A DNA stretch of 64,000 nt from Bacteroidota bacterium (GTDB lineage Bacteria > Bacteroidota > Bacteroidia > Chitinophagales > BACL12): positions 417,914 through 481,913 of the forward strand of contig JADJJZ010000003.1 of the NCBI GenBank assembly GCA_016706255.1, given 5' to 3'. Shown piece after piece: positions 10,012 through 17,589 of this stretch. Each line of letters opens with the position of its first letter. The first letter of the stretch is position 1. The notes below the pieces were generated by a model. It saw only the letters and a program-made list of their open reading frames with translations, made no database searches and was not told where the DNA came from. The translations under genes were made by a program, and so were the position numbers.

Positions 10012-11685
10012 TTATTTTACCTCAATTTTTTGATGATAAAGTTTTCCGTCTATTTCTGCTTCTAATAAATAAATAGATGTCGGTAAATCTTTAATTTCAA
10101 ATTGATAAGTATTTTTTCCAGCAGGAATTCTATCATAATAAAATTGTTGTACATGTTTGCCGTCAATACTAATTATTGAAAATTTAGCTGTTGTTATAGT
10201 TGCAGATGAAACAATAAAACATGCATTGCCATTGTTTTCAAATAATTCAACCGAAATGGTTGACGTTGTGGTTTCAACAGGTAAAGAAAAACATTCCAAT
10301 ACCTCAGCGGCAGCACGGGCGCCACTTTCCAATGCACCGTGAACAGTAGAAGGATGGTTGTTATTAGTGGCTTCTCCTGCGAAAAATATTTTGCAATCTA
10401 TCGGTAAGGCCAAATCAATACGTGTGGTGTCTGTTTCTGTAGTATACGTATTTAATGCAGGGAATGAATATGCACCTTTAATGAATGGATGTTTGCCCCA
10501 ATCAGAAATAAAATTGTCAAGATAGTTTGCTGTTGCAGCACCATCAAATAAAGCATCAAGTTCTGCGAGTGCAACATCAACAGCTCCGGCTCCCAAGCTA
10601 CTCATATATTCTGCATTTTCTCCCATTATAAAACAAATTAAAACAGCATCAGTAGCGCCGGTTTTGTCGCGACCCGGATCCCAGATAAAAGTGGTATAAC
10701 CATCCATCGTCATATCCTGTATTTCATCTCCCCAAAAACGATTCGAAAATTTTAAAATTAATTTCATTCCTGCACCCATTTGTAAGGCATTAATAGCTGT
10801 TGATTTTACAAATGATAATAATGGCGTAAAAGAAATAGTATTTTCTTGTAAAATAGGAATAGGAACAGTAACAATTACTTTATCAGTTATAAATGATGAA
10901 CCATCAGCACATGAAACAATGGCATTGGTGCCTGAATAATTTATAGCAGTTACTTGTTTATTATATTGAATATCACTTAATATCGGATTAAAAAATAATG
11001 TTTCCAGAATTGATAAATAACTGTCGTCTAATAAATAATCTTTGCCTCCGGTTAACCACAATACTTCGCTAATGGCAATACTTTTCATACCAATACGTTT
11101 AATGGTAGTACCAAATTCAGAGCCAATCCATGCTTCGTAAACATGCCAGTATGGGTGACTTTCATCTATGCTATATTCTGAAAATAAATAATCACTCATA
11201 AAAATATCATCACCTGTATAGGCATACATGTTTAAATAAAATTGCCATGCAGCTTCCAGGTCGGCATCCCAATAAGGTTCTACTTCATAACCGGTGCCAA
11301 TTTGATACATTTCTTTATAAGCACCGTATTCCAATAATAAATCTGGATTGTAATCATTTATGGAACTCCATAAAAATGATGGTGGATCACCGGCAGTATT
11401 TCCTTTACCATGCACAAATTCAGCGCCTGCCTCTACATGAAAATCAGCAAATCCTTCCAATGGTTTTACGCGTCCGCCATGGGTATCTGATGCTTCAAGA
11501 ATAATAACATTTATGCCCGCTTCTTTTAATACTTTGGCAGCATATAAACCTGCTGCACCGGCACCAACTATAATTACATTTCCGGATGTAAGTTTTGGTG
11601 ATAATGTGGCTTTTAAAAATGATGGATTGATTAGCATTCCCGGAACAAGGAGGCTAAGGTTACGGACAAATTTTCTTCTGCGCAT
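10012..11685 (-). CDS. Flavin-containing amine oxidase family protein with a Tat-type signal and a T9SS-like C-terminal domain
   Basis: MRRRKFVRNLSLL is a twin-arginine-like motif. VIIVGAGAAGLYAAKVL...ILEASDTHGGR is a dinucleotide-binding fold. FFAGEAT is present near the C-terminus of the oxidase core. An extra ~85 aa beta-rich tail ends IYLLEAEIDGKLYHQKIEVK. Confidence 0.75.
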   Translation of the reverse strand: MRRRKFVRNLSLLVPGMLINPSFLKATLSPKLTSGNVIIVGAGAAGLYAAKVLKEAGINVIILEASDTHGGRVKPLEGFADFHVEAGAEFVHGKGNTAGDPPSFLWSSINDYNPDLLLEYGAYKEMYQIGTGYEVEPYWDADLEAAWQFYLNMYAYTGDDIFMSDYLFSEYSIDESHPYWHVYEAWIGSEFGTTIKRIGMKSIAISEVLWLTGGKDYLLDDSYLSILETLFFNPILSDIQYNKQVTAINYSGTNAIVSCADGSSFITDKVIVTVPIPILQENTISFTPLLSFVKSTAINALQMGAGMKLILKFSNRFWGDEIQDMTMDGYTTFIWDPGRDKTGATDAVLICFIMGENAEYMSSLGAGAVDVALAELDALFDGAATANYLDNFISDWGKHPFIKGAYSFPALNTYTTETDTTRIDLALPIDCKIFFAGEATNNNHPSTVHGALESGARAAAEVLECFSLPVETTTSTISVELFENNGNACFIVSSATITTAKFSIISIDGKHVQQFYYDRIPAGKNTYQFEIKDLPTSIYLLEAEIDGKLYHQKIEVK

Positions 11686-11721
11686 AAAGCAAATGTATTA
11701 AATCTGCTTGTTAAAAAATAG

Positions 11722-11762
11722 ACCTGTCAGGTTTAAACCTGCGTGGTTTAAACCTGACAGGT
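11722..11762. promoter_or_regulatory. Perfect 18-bp inverted repeat with nested GGTTTAAACC palindromes in a divergent promoter region
   Basis: acctgtcaggtttaaacc (11722-11739) pairs perfectly with ggtttaaacctgacaggt (11745-11762). It lies 37 bp from the amine oxidase ATG and 63 bp from the ALDH start, so it is not at any gene 3' end. Confidence 0.45.
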
Positions 11763-11824
11763 TTTTCAGTTACTTTTATTATCTTCGCAACCGTTAATCA
11801 ATTCGCAAACTTTACGGATACGAT

Positions 11825-13267
11825 TTGTTCATATTATCAAACTATATTGGAGGCAAGCTTCAACCGCCTGTAAGCGGTAATTATCTGGATAACTACAATC
11901 CGGCAACAGGCTCCGTATACGCACAAATTCCTGATTCAGACGAAAATGATGTTGAACTGGCTGTAACAGCAGCTAAAAACGCCTTTGCGGACTGGTCAAC
12001 AACTGATGCAGTTACCAGAAGTCGCATTTTATATCGGATTGCTGAGCTTATTGGTGAACGATTTGATGCTTTAGCGGAAGCCGAGTCAATGGATTCAGGT
12101 AAACCATTAGCCTTGGCAAAACGTATGGATATTACCCGGGCACGTGACAATTTTGAATTTTTTGCTGCTTCGGTGCTCCATTTTTCAAGCGAAAGCCATA
12201 ACCAGAAAGGAAAATTCATCAATTATACTACACGCTATCCAATAGGCGTTGTAGGTTGTATCTCTCCCTGGAACTTACCCTTATACTTATTCACCTGGAA
12301 AATAGCACCTGCTCTGGCCGCAGGCAATTGTGTTGTCGCCAAACCATCGGAAATCACACCGGTAACGGCTTTTATGTTATCTGAAATTTGTATCGAAGCC
12401 GGTTTACCAACAGGCGTCCTAAATATTGTACACGGAACAGGGCCGAAAACAGGTGCGGCCATCGTGAAACACCCATTAATAAAGGGAATATCGTTTACCG
12501 GAAGCACCAGAGCGGGCCGTGAAATTGCATCCGTGACGGCTCCGATGTTTAAAAAGGTCAGCCTGGAATTGGGCGGAAAAAACCCGGTAATTATTTTTGC
12601 CGATTGCGATTATGAGGAGATGCTGAATACTACGGTAAGAAGCTCTTTTACCAATCAGGGGCAAATTTGTTTGTGCGGAAGCAGGATTTATATAGAAAGC
12701 AGCATATATGAGCGTTTCAAGGCAGATTTTGTTGAAAGGGCCAAAAAGCTCATTGTTGGCGACCCGAAAGCGGCTGAAACCAATGTTGGTGCTGTTGTTT
12801 CTGAGGTGCATTACAATAAAATATTGAGTTATATCGACTTAGCTAAAGAGGAAGGTGGTAAGGTATTATGTGGAGGGGAAGCTGTAAAATTTTCAGGTGA
12901 CATGGAAAAGGGCTGGTTTGTTGCTCCTACTGTGATTGAGGGTTTAAATCAGCAGTGCAGGACGGTGCAGGAAGAAATTTTTGGGCCTGTAGTTACGCTA
13001 CACGCTTTTAATAACGACGAGGAAGCCGTAAATTTGGCCAATCAATCCGATTACGGTCTGGCCGCTGTAATCTGGACGAATCATTTAACTAGGGCACATC
13101 GCTTGTCTGAGCAGCTTGAAAGCGGTATTGTTTGGGTAAACTGTTGGTTAGAGCGCGATTTGCGCACACCATTCGGAGGCGTTAAACAATCCGGCGTAGG
13201 TCGCGAGGGCGGGGTTGAGGCTTTACGGTTTTTTACCGAACCTAAAAATATTTGTATAAAAATTTAA
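11825..13267 (+). CDS. NAD(P)-dependent aldehyde dehydrogenase, ALDH8 / 2-aminomuconate (2-hydroxymuconate) semialdehyde dehydrogenase-like
   Basis: The 480 aa appear collinear with remembered ALDH8A1-type sequences (SPWNLPLYLFTWKIAPALAAGN, SLELGGKNP, RSSFTNQGQICLCGSR, EEIFGPV, PFGGVKQSG). TTG start. Confidence 0.85.
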   Translation: MFILSNYIGGKLQPPVSGNYLDNYNPATGSVYAQIPDSDENDVELAVTAAKNAFADWSTTDAVTRSRILYRIAELIGERFDALAEAESMDSGKPLALAKRMDITRARDNFEFFAASVLHFSSESHNQKGKFINYTTRYPIGVVGCISPWNLPLYLFTWKIAPALAAGNCVVAKPSEITPVTAFMLSEICIEAGLPTGVLNIVHGTGPKTGAAIVKHPLIKGISFTGSTRAGREIASVTAPMFKKVSLELGGKNPVIIFADCDYEEMLNTTVRSSFTNQGQICLCGSRIYIESSIYERFKADFVERAKKLIVGDPKAAETNVGAVVSEVHYNKILSYIDLAKEEGGKVLCGGEAVKFSGDMEKGWFVAPTVIEGLNQQCRTVQEEIFGPVVTLHAFNNDEEAVNLANQSDYGLAAVIWTNHLTRAHRLSEQLESGIVWVNCWLERDLRTPFGGVKQSGVGREGGVEALRFFTEPKNICIKI

Positions 13268-13278
13268 AACGGAGGAAA

Positions 13279-14394
13279 GTGGCTTATTTTAAAAAAATCA
13301 GAAGAACCCCCACAACAGTTTTTACAGTCGGATTCGCGGCTGCGGCAATGTTCAGTGCATGTGGCACCTACACAGCTGCCGTACAAAACGATAACACAAA
13401 ATACACAGCGGTTGATACCGGAATTACACCATCTGAAGATCTTTTATTCATAGAAGATTTTTACGCTGAAGATGCTTCTAAAAAGGCAGAACCACGTTTA
13501 ACAATTGATTACACTCCCGAAGCAAATCTTCGCGGCCAGTTAAAATCTGCCGACGAACAATTGCCGATCAGTGAACAGTTGGTTTTACTTGGTGAAAATA
13601 TTCGCCTTAGTGAGCAGGCTGAAAACGAAAATATCGGTGGTCTCGATTATGCTACTCCTGAAGAAGCAGAAGATTTTGAAGTGTATGACGATTTGTTTTT
13701 AGCAAACGAATTAAATGCCGGTGCAATTTTTGACCCTTCTAAAATGACGGATAGCATTCAGGTGTTTTTAGTGAGTCCTTTTAGTAACTGCTATACGTTC
13801 CCATTAGGTAACAGTAAAGTAAACTCCGATTTTGGCTGGAGAAAAAGTCGCTTCCATTCAGGTATCGATTTAGACCTTGAAGTTGGCGATGATGTATATG
13901 CTTCATTCGATGGCATTGTTAAAAAGGCAGATGTTGTTTCCGGATATGGAAATTTAATTGTGGTAAAACATTTTAACGGACTGGAAACATATTATGCGCA
14001 TTTATCAAAAATATTAGTTGCAGAAGGTGATACTGTTAGCTCAGGCGAAAAAATTGCATTAGGTGGAAATACCGGCCGAAGCACCGGTCCGCACTTACAC
14101 TATGAATTACGTTACCGCGGAGCAGCAATTAATCCTAAATATATTGTTGATTTTAAAAATGCAGACTTAATTGCAGAAATGTTTTATTTGAAAAAAGAAC
14201 ATTTTAAACCAACAACTTCTACAACAAATGCTGCAGCATCAACAACAGCAAAAAAATATTATACCGTAAAAAAAGGTGATACTTTAGGAAAAATTGCTTC
14301 TCGCAATCATACCACAGTAGCTAAAATTTGTAAACTCAATGGCATCTCAAGTAAAAAAGTACTGAAGCCGGGGCAACGATTGAGAATAAAATAA
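13279..14394 (+). CDS. M23 family metallopeptidase with a C-terminal LysM domain (lipoprotein-like N-terminus)
   Basis: HSGIDL...GNLIVVKH...GNTGRSTGPHLHYE are M23 motifs. The C-terminal YYTVKKGDTLGKIA...LKPGQRLRI is a LysM domain. GTG 13279 is preceded by ggagg (the maximal ORF starts at 13252 and would overlap the ALDH gene). Confidence 0.85.
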   Translation: MAYFKKIRRTPTTVFTVGFAAAAMFSACGTYTAAVQNDNTKYTAVDTGITPSEDLLFIEDFYAEDASKKAEPRLTIDYTPEANLRGQLKSADEQLPISEQLVLLGENIRLSEQAENENIGGLDYATPEEAEDFEVYDDLFLANELNAGAIFDPSKMTDSIQVFLVSPFSNCYTFPLGNSKVNSDFGWRKSRFHSGIDLDLEVGDDVYASFDGIVKKADVVSGYGNLIVVKHFNGLETYYAHLSKILVAEGDTVSSGEKIALGGNTGRSTGPHLHYELRYRGAAINPKYIVDFKNADLIAEMFYLKKEHFKPTTSTTNAAASTTAKKYYTVKKGDTLGKIASRNHTTVAKICKLNGISSKKVLKPGQRLRIK

Positions 14395-14412
14395 AAATAT
14401 TTAAATATTAAA

Positions 14413-14440
14413 AGCCCTCCAACTCGGAGGGCTTTTTTTT
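14413..14440. terminator. Rho-independent terminator (bidirectional context)
   Basis: agccctcc (14413-14420) pairs with ggagggct (14426-14433), followed by T8 and preceded by an A-run. It lies between convergent gene ends. Confidence 0.75.
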
Positions 14441-14466
14441 GATGTGTTATAAGGAGGAAACGTTAA

Positions 14467-15636
14467 TTAATGCTTTACCACAAATTTTTTGGTATCGATT
14501 GTTGAATTTTCTTCATTGTAAATCCGAAGCACATAAACTCCCGAAGCAAAAGTATTTGTCGCTATTTTCATGTCACTATTGCGGAATTGTTTTGTCGTAA
14601 TCAGCACACCGTTTATATCGAAAATTTCAATTCTGTATTTCCCGGTATTAGTTACAGCAACAGAAATGAAATCACTTGCCGGATTCGGATATAAATCGGT
14701 TATTATAGAAGTTTTACTGGTAACAATTTCTTTTGGTTTCCCGATACCATCAATATTTCCCTTTATTCCAATAACAACAGGATAAAAATTCATATTCACA
14801 CGCGCATCCTTTGCCATGGTTATAATTTGTTCCATGCTATAATTGCTGCGCGGAGGTAATAAACTCGGTGCATCGCCAATTAATAATACAATACGTTTTC
14901 TTCCGGTAATCCAATTCATTTCCTCAATGGTTTTAGCGATAGCATCATTTACACTTTCTTCATAATCGCCACCACCTGTTGTGGTTATACCATTAATAAT
15001 AAATGGCAATGTATCATAATTATTTGTAAGCGGATATTTCTCAAACCATAAACCGATATCTGCATTTTTATCACCATAAAAAACAAATCCAACTCGGGTA
15101 TTTTCATAGGTTTTAATTTGTGATACAATTTTTGAAATACTTGTTTTTATTTCTGCAATATCATCAGACATGCTTCCGGTTTTATCTACTAGAAAAACTA
15201 AATCGGTTTCACCTGACATATAAGTTTTAATGATATCACTTATGGCATCAACTACAAATTTGGCGTTGTCAATCATATAAACTTCACCACCTGAAGCATC
15301 TGCAATTCCTGAAAACATTTTAACCGTAATGTTATTATAAGCATCAGCAACACTATTTAATTGCGGAAGATCAGGATTTAATTTCAATTGCCGCTGTATT
15401 TCTTCATCAATACTAAGGTCCACCTTTTTTGAAAGAGGCGTTTTTTCTTTGCGTTTTGCATTTAGTACAATGTCAGGTGCCGGAATAGAATCTGCTTTTT
15501 TTGTAATTGGAGCACTAATGGTGTCTTTAACTGAAATTTTGGTGGCAGAGGAAACAGAATAATCCGGTTCGGCATTATCGCAATTTGTAAGTAAAAACAA
15601 CAAGCCGATAAGTGTGGTAAAATAAACTTTTTTCAT
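14467..15636 (-). CDS. vWA-domain protein with a lipoprotein-like signal and a T9SS C-terminal sorting domain (paralogue A)
   Basis: The signal ends LLTNC. The MIDAS-like motif is LVFLVDKTGSMSDD. The CTD reads LYPNPASDFISV...GVYVLRIY...KKFVVKH. Confidence 0.7.
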   Translation of the reverse strand: MKKVYFTTLIGLLFLLTNCDNAEPDYSVSSATKISVKDTISAPITKKADSIPAPDIVLNAKRKEKTPLSKKVDLSIDEEIQRQLKLNPDLPQLNSVADAYNNITVKMFSGIADASGGEVYMIDNAKFVVDAISDIIKTYMSGETDLVFLVDKTGSMSDDIAEIKTSISKIVSQIKTYENTRVGFVFYGDKNADIGLWFEKYPLTNNYDTLPFIINGITTTGGGDYEESVNDAIAKTIEEMNWITGRKRIVLLIGDAPSLLPPRSNYSMEQIITMAKDARVNMNFYPVVIGIKGNIDGIGKPKEIVTSKTSIITDLYPNPASDFISVAVTNTGKYRIEIFDINGVLITTKQFRNSDMKIATNTFASGVYVLRIYNEENSTIDTKKFVVKH

Positions 15637-15683
15637 AAGAACGGATATGGTTTAGGTGCTTAAAAAAATGGCATTGAATAATA

Positions 15684-16886
15684 TTATTTATGTTGAACAA
15701 TAAATTTTATTGTGTCTGCGGTTTTATTGGATTCGTTTATAATTCGAGCAATATAAACGCCCGGTGGTAAATCCCATGTATAAAAAGTAAAGTTGTCGCC
15801 TGTAAATGATTTAGACTGGAGCAAATTACCGTTTATATCAAAAAGTTGTGCAGTATAGTTGCCGGCTGACTGCGTGTGTAATAACATTATATTATCTGCC
15901 GGATTTGGATAAATTGTTTTTATAATTGCACTTGATTTAGGTTCGATATCAGCTATGCCTACCTTGCTATTAATACCTTCCTTTAATCCGATGACTATGG
16001 GATAAATATTCATCGTAACATTATATCTGGCAATACAATTTAAAACTTCTGTTGTAGTAAATTCACTAAGCGGGGGTTCCAGACTTGGTGCATCGCCAAT
16101 CAATAAAACTAAACGCCTTGCAGTGAATGACCAATTCATATCATTTAAAGTATACATGATAGCATCATTAACACTTTCAGGTAAGTCATAACCACCACCG
16201 TAGGTTCTTGTATTTTGAATTATAGAACGAATCTCATCAGTGTTTTCAGTTAGTGGATGTGCCTGAAGCCATTTTTTACCATCAGTATTTTTATCAGCAT
16301 AAAATACTAAACCAATTCGAATTGGCTTAAATTGTTCTAATACATTTATAATTTCAGTTAATCCATTTTTTACCGCTAACAAATCATCATTCATACTTGT
16401 TGACCGATCCATTAGAATTACTAAATCGATTCCACTTTCTCCATAATTGGTAAATACATCAATAATAGCCGGCACCAAATATTCTGCATTATCAATACAA
16501 TAAAGTTCTCCCTCCGAAGCATCAGCAATGTTGTTAAATAGCTGAACCTCTGTTTCATCAATTAGTTTTTTTAATCCCTTAATTTTTGGTAATTCCGGAT
16601 TTAAAAGCATTTGCCGTTCAATTTCGGCATCAGTTATAGTTGCTAATTTAGATATTAGGTTACTCGTTGCAGAGCCGATTGTTGTGTCAACCGTTTTTGC
16701 ATGCCAGGTAATTTTTTCCGGTAAAACGGCTGTCTCCCCTAAACCAACCAATAAAGTAATCTCAGGTGAAACATAAACAGTGTCATAAAACGTTATAGTC
16801 GCTATATTTTCAGGCGGAGTAATTGTGGGGTCGCAACTACTAATAATAAAGCATAATAAAATAAAATGGGTACAGTTTGGTTTCAT
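15684..16886 (-). CDS. vWA-domain protein with a lipoprotein-like signal and a T9SS C-terminal sorting domain (paralogue B)
   Basis: The signal ends IISSC. The MIDAS motif is LVILMDRSTSMNDD. The CTD reads IYPNPADNIMLL...GVYIARII...IKFIVQHK. It is collinear with 14467-15636. Confidence 0.7.
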   Translation of the reverse strand: MKPNCTHFILLCFIISSCDPTITPPENIATITFYDTVYVSPEITLLVGLGETAVLPEKITWHAKTVDTTIGSATSNLISKLATITDAEIERQMLLNPELPKIKGLKKLIDETEVQLFNNIADASEGELYCIDNAEYLVPAIIDVFTNYGESGIDLVILMDRSTSMNDDLLAVKNGLTEIINVLEQFKPIRIGLVFYADKNTDGKKWLQAHPLTENTDEIRSIIQNTRTYGGGYDLPESVNDAIMYTLNDMNWSFTARRLVLLIGDAPSLEPPLSEFTTTEVLNCIARYNVTMNIYPIVIGLKEGINSKVGIADIEPKSSAIIKTIYPNPADNIMLLHTQSAGNYTAQLFDINGNLLQSKSFTGDNFTFYTWDLPPGVYIARIINESNKTADTIKFIVQHK

Positions 16887-16966
16887 AAAAAGTTGGTTGG
16901 AGTGAAACGAACTGCCGCAGAGAAAATGAATAACGGTGGACCATTTAAAATTCGTATGTTAAATTG

Positions 16967-16974
16967 TAATTTTG
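16967..16974 (+). promoter_or_regulatory. Bacteroidota-type -7 box (TAatTTTG) upstream of the RidA-family gene
   Basis: Exact TAnnTTTG match 22 nt upstream of ATG 16996. Confidence 0.3.
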
Positions 16975-16995
16975 TCAGTATTGAATCTTTAAATC

Positions 16996-17418
16996 ATGAG
17001 CAACAATATCATCCATACCAACAAAGCCCCTGAACCTGTAGGTTTATATCCGCATGCTCGAAAAGTGGGCAATTTGCTTTTTTTATCAGGCATTGGCCCT
17101 CGTGAAGCAGGAACAAACAAAATACCCGGTGTGGAAATCGATAAAAATGGTAATTTCAATACCTTCGATTTTGAAGCGCAATGCCGTTCGGTATTTAATA
17201 ATGTGCGCACTGTTTTAGAGGCTTCCGGCGCCAAATGGGAAGATTTGGTGGATGTAACTGTTTTTCTAACCAATATGCAACGCGACTTTGCTACTTATAA
17301 CCGCATTTATGCAGAGTATTTTAAAGATGCCCAGCCTTGCAGAACCACAGTTGGTATTACATCACTCCCTACACCTATTGCAATTGAACTAAAGTGTATA
17401 GCCGCAATTTCGGAATAA
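16996..17418 (+). CDS. RidA/YjgF/UK114 family reactive-intermediate deaminase
   Basis: 140 aa. APEPVGLYPHARKVGNLLFLSGIGP and the C-terminal CRTTVGI...IELKCIA are family-typical. Confidence 0.85.
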   Translation: MSNNIIHTNKAPEPVGLYPHARKVGNLLFLSGIGPREAGTNKIPGVEIDKNGNFNTFDFEAQCRSVFNNVRTVLEASGAKWEDLVDVTVFLTNMQRDFATYNRIYAEYFKDAQPCRTTVGITSLPTPIAIELKCIAAISE

Positions 17419-17480
17419 ATCTGCTCCGTTAAATAAACTTTTATTCTTAGCATTTCCCTGCTTTTCGATGCCAAAAGCCT

Positions 17481-17488
17481 TACCTTTG
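17481..17488 (+). promoter_or_regulatory. Bacteroidota-type -7 box (TAccTTTG) upstream of uvrA
   Basis: Exact TAnnTTTG match in the RidA-uvrA spacer. Confidence 0.3.
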
Positions 17489-17589
17489 CACGTTCGAATA
17501 TTTTGGAATTCGGGGGAGAAAAAGTGAAAAAAACAAAATCTACTATAAAAGAAGCCGTGCAAAACCTGCCGGAAATCAGCGAGAAGGAA

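Noticed and set aside
11722-11762. An 18-bp stem with flanking A-run and T-run that looks like a bidirectional intrinsic terminator.
   Set aside because: Both neighbouring genes diverge from this spacer, so their 5' ends are here and no transcript would be terminated. It is kept as a regulatory or repeat candidate instead.
11893-12811. Three antisense ORFs (11893-12222, 12235-12507, 12476-12811) of 90-111 aa on the minus strand.
   Set aside because: They lie entirely inside the strongly supported ALDH gene on the opposite strand. Their low-complexity, Ser/Ala/Arg-rich translations are typical of shadow frames.
10012-13267. Amine oxidase plus aldehyde dehydrogenase as a dedicated amine-catabolic gene pair.
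   Set aside because: The oxidase appears to be exported (Tat signal, CTD) while the ALDH is cytoplasmic and ALDH8-like (semialdehyde dehydrogenase type). Adjacency alone is insufficient, so it is mentioned only as a weak possibility.
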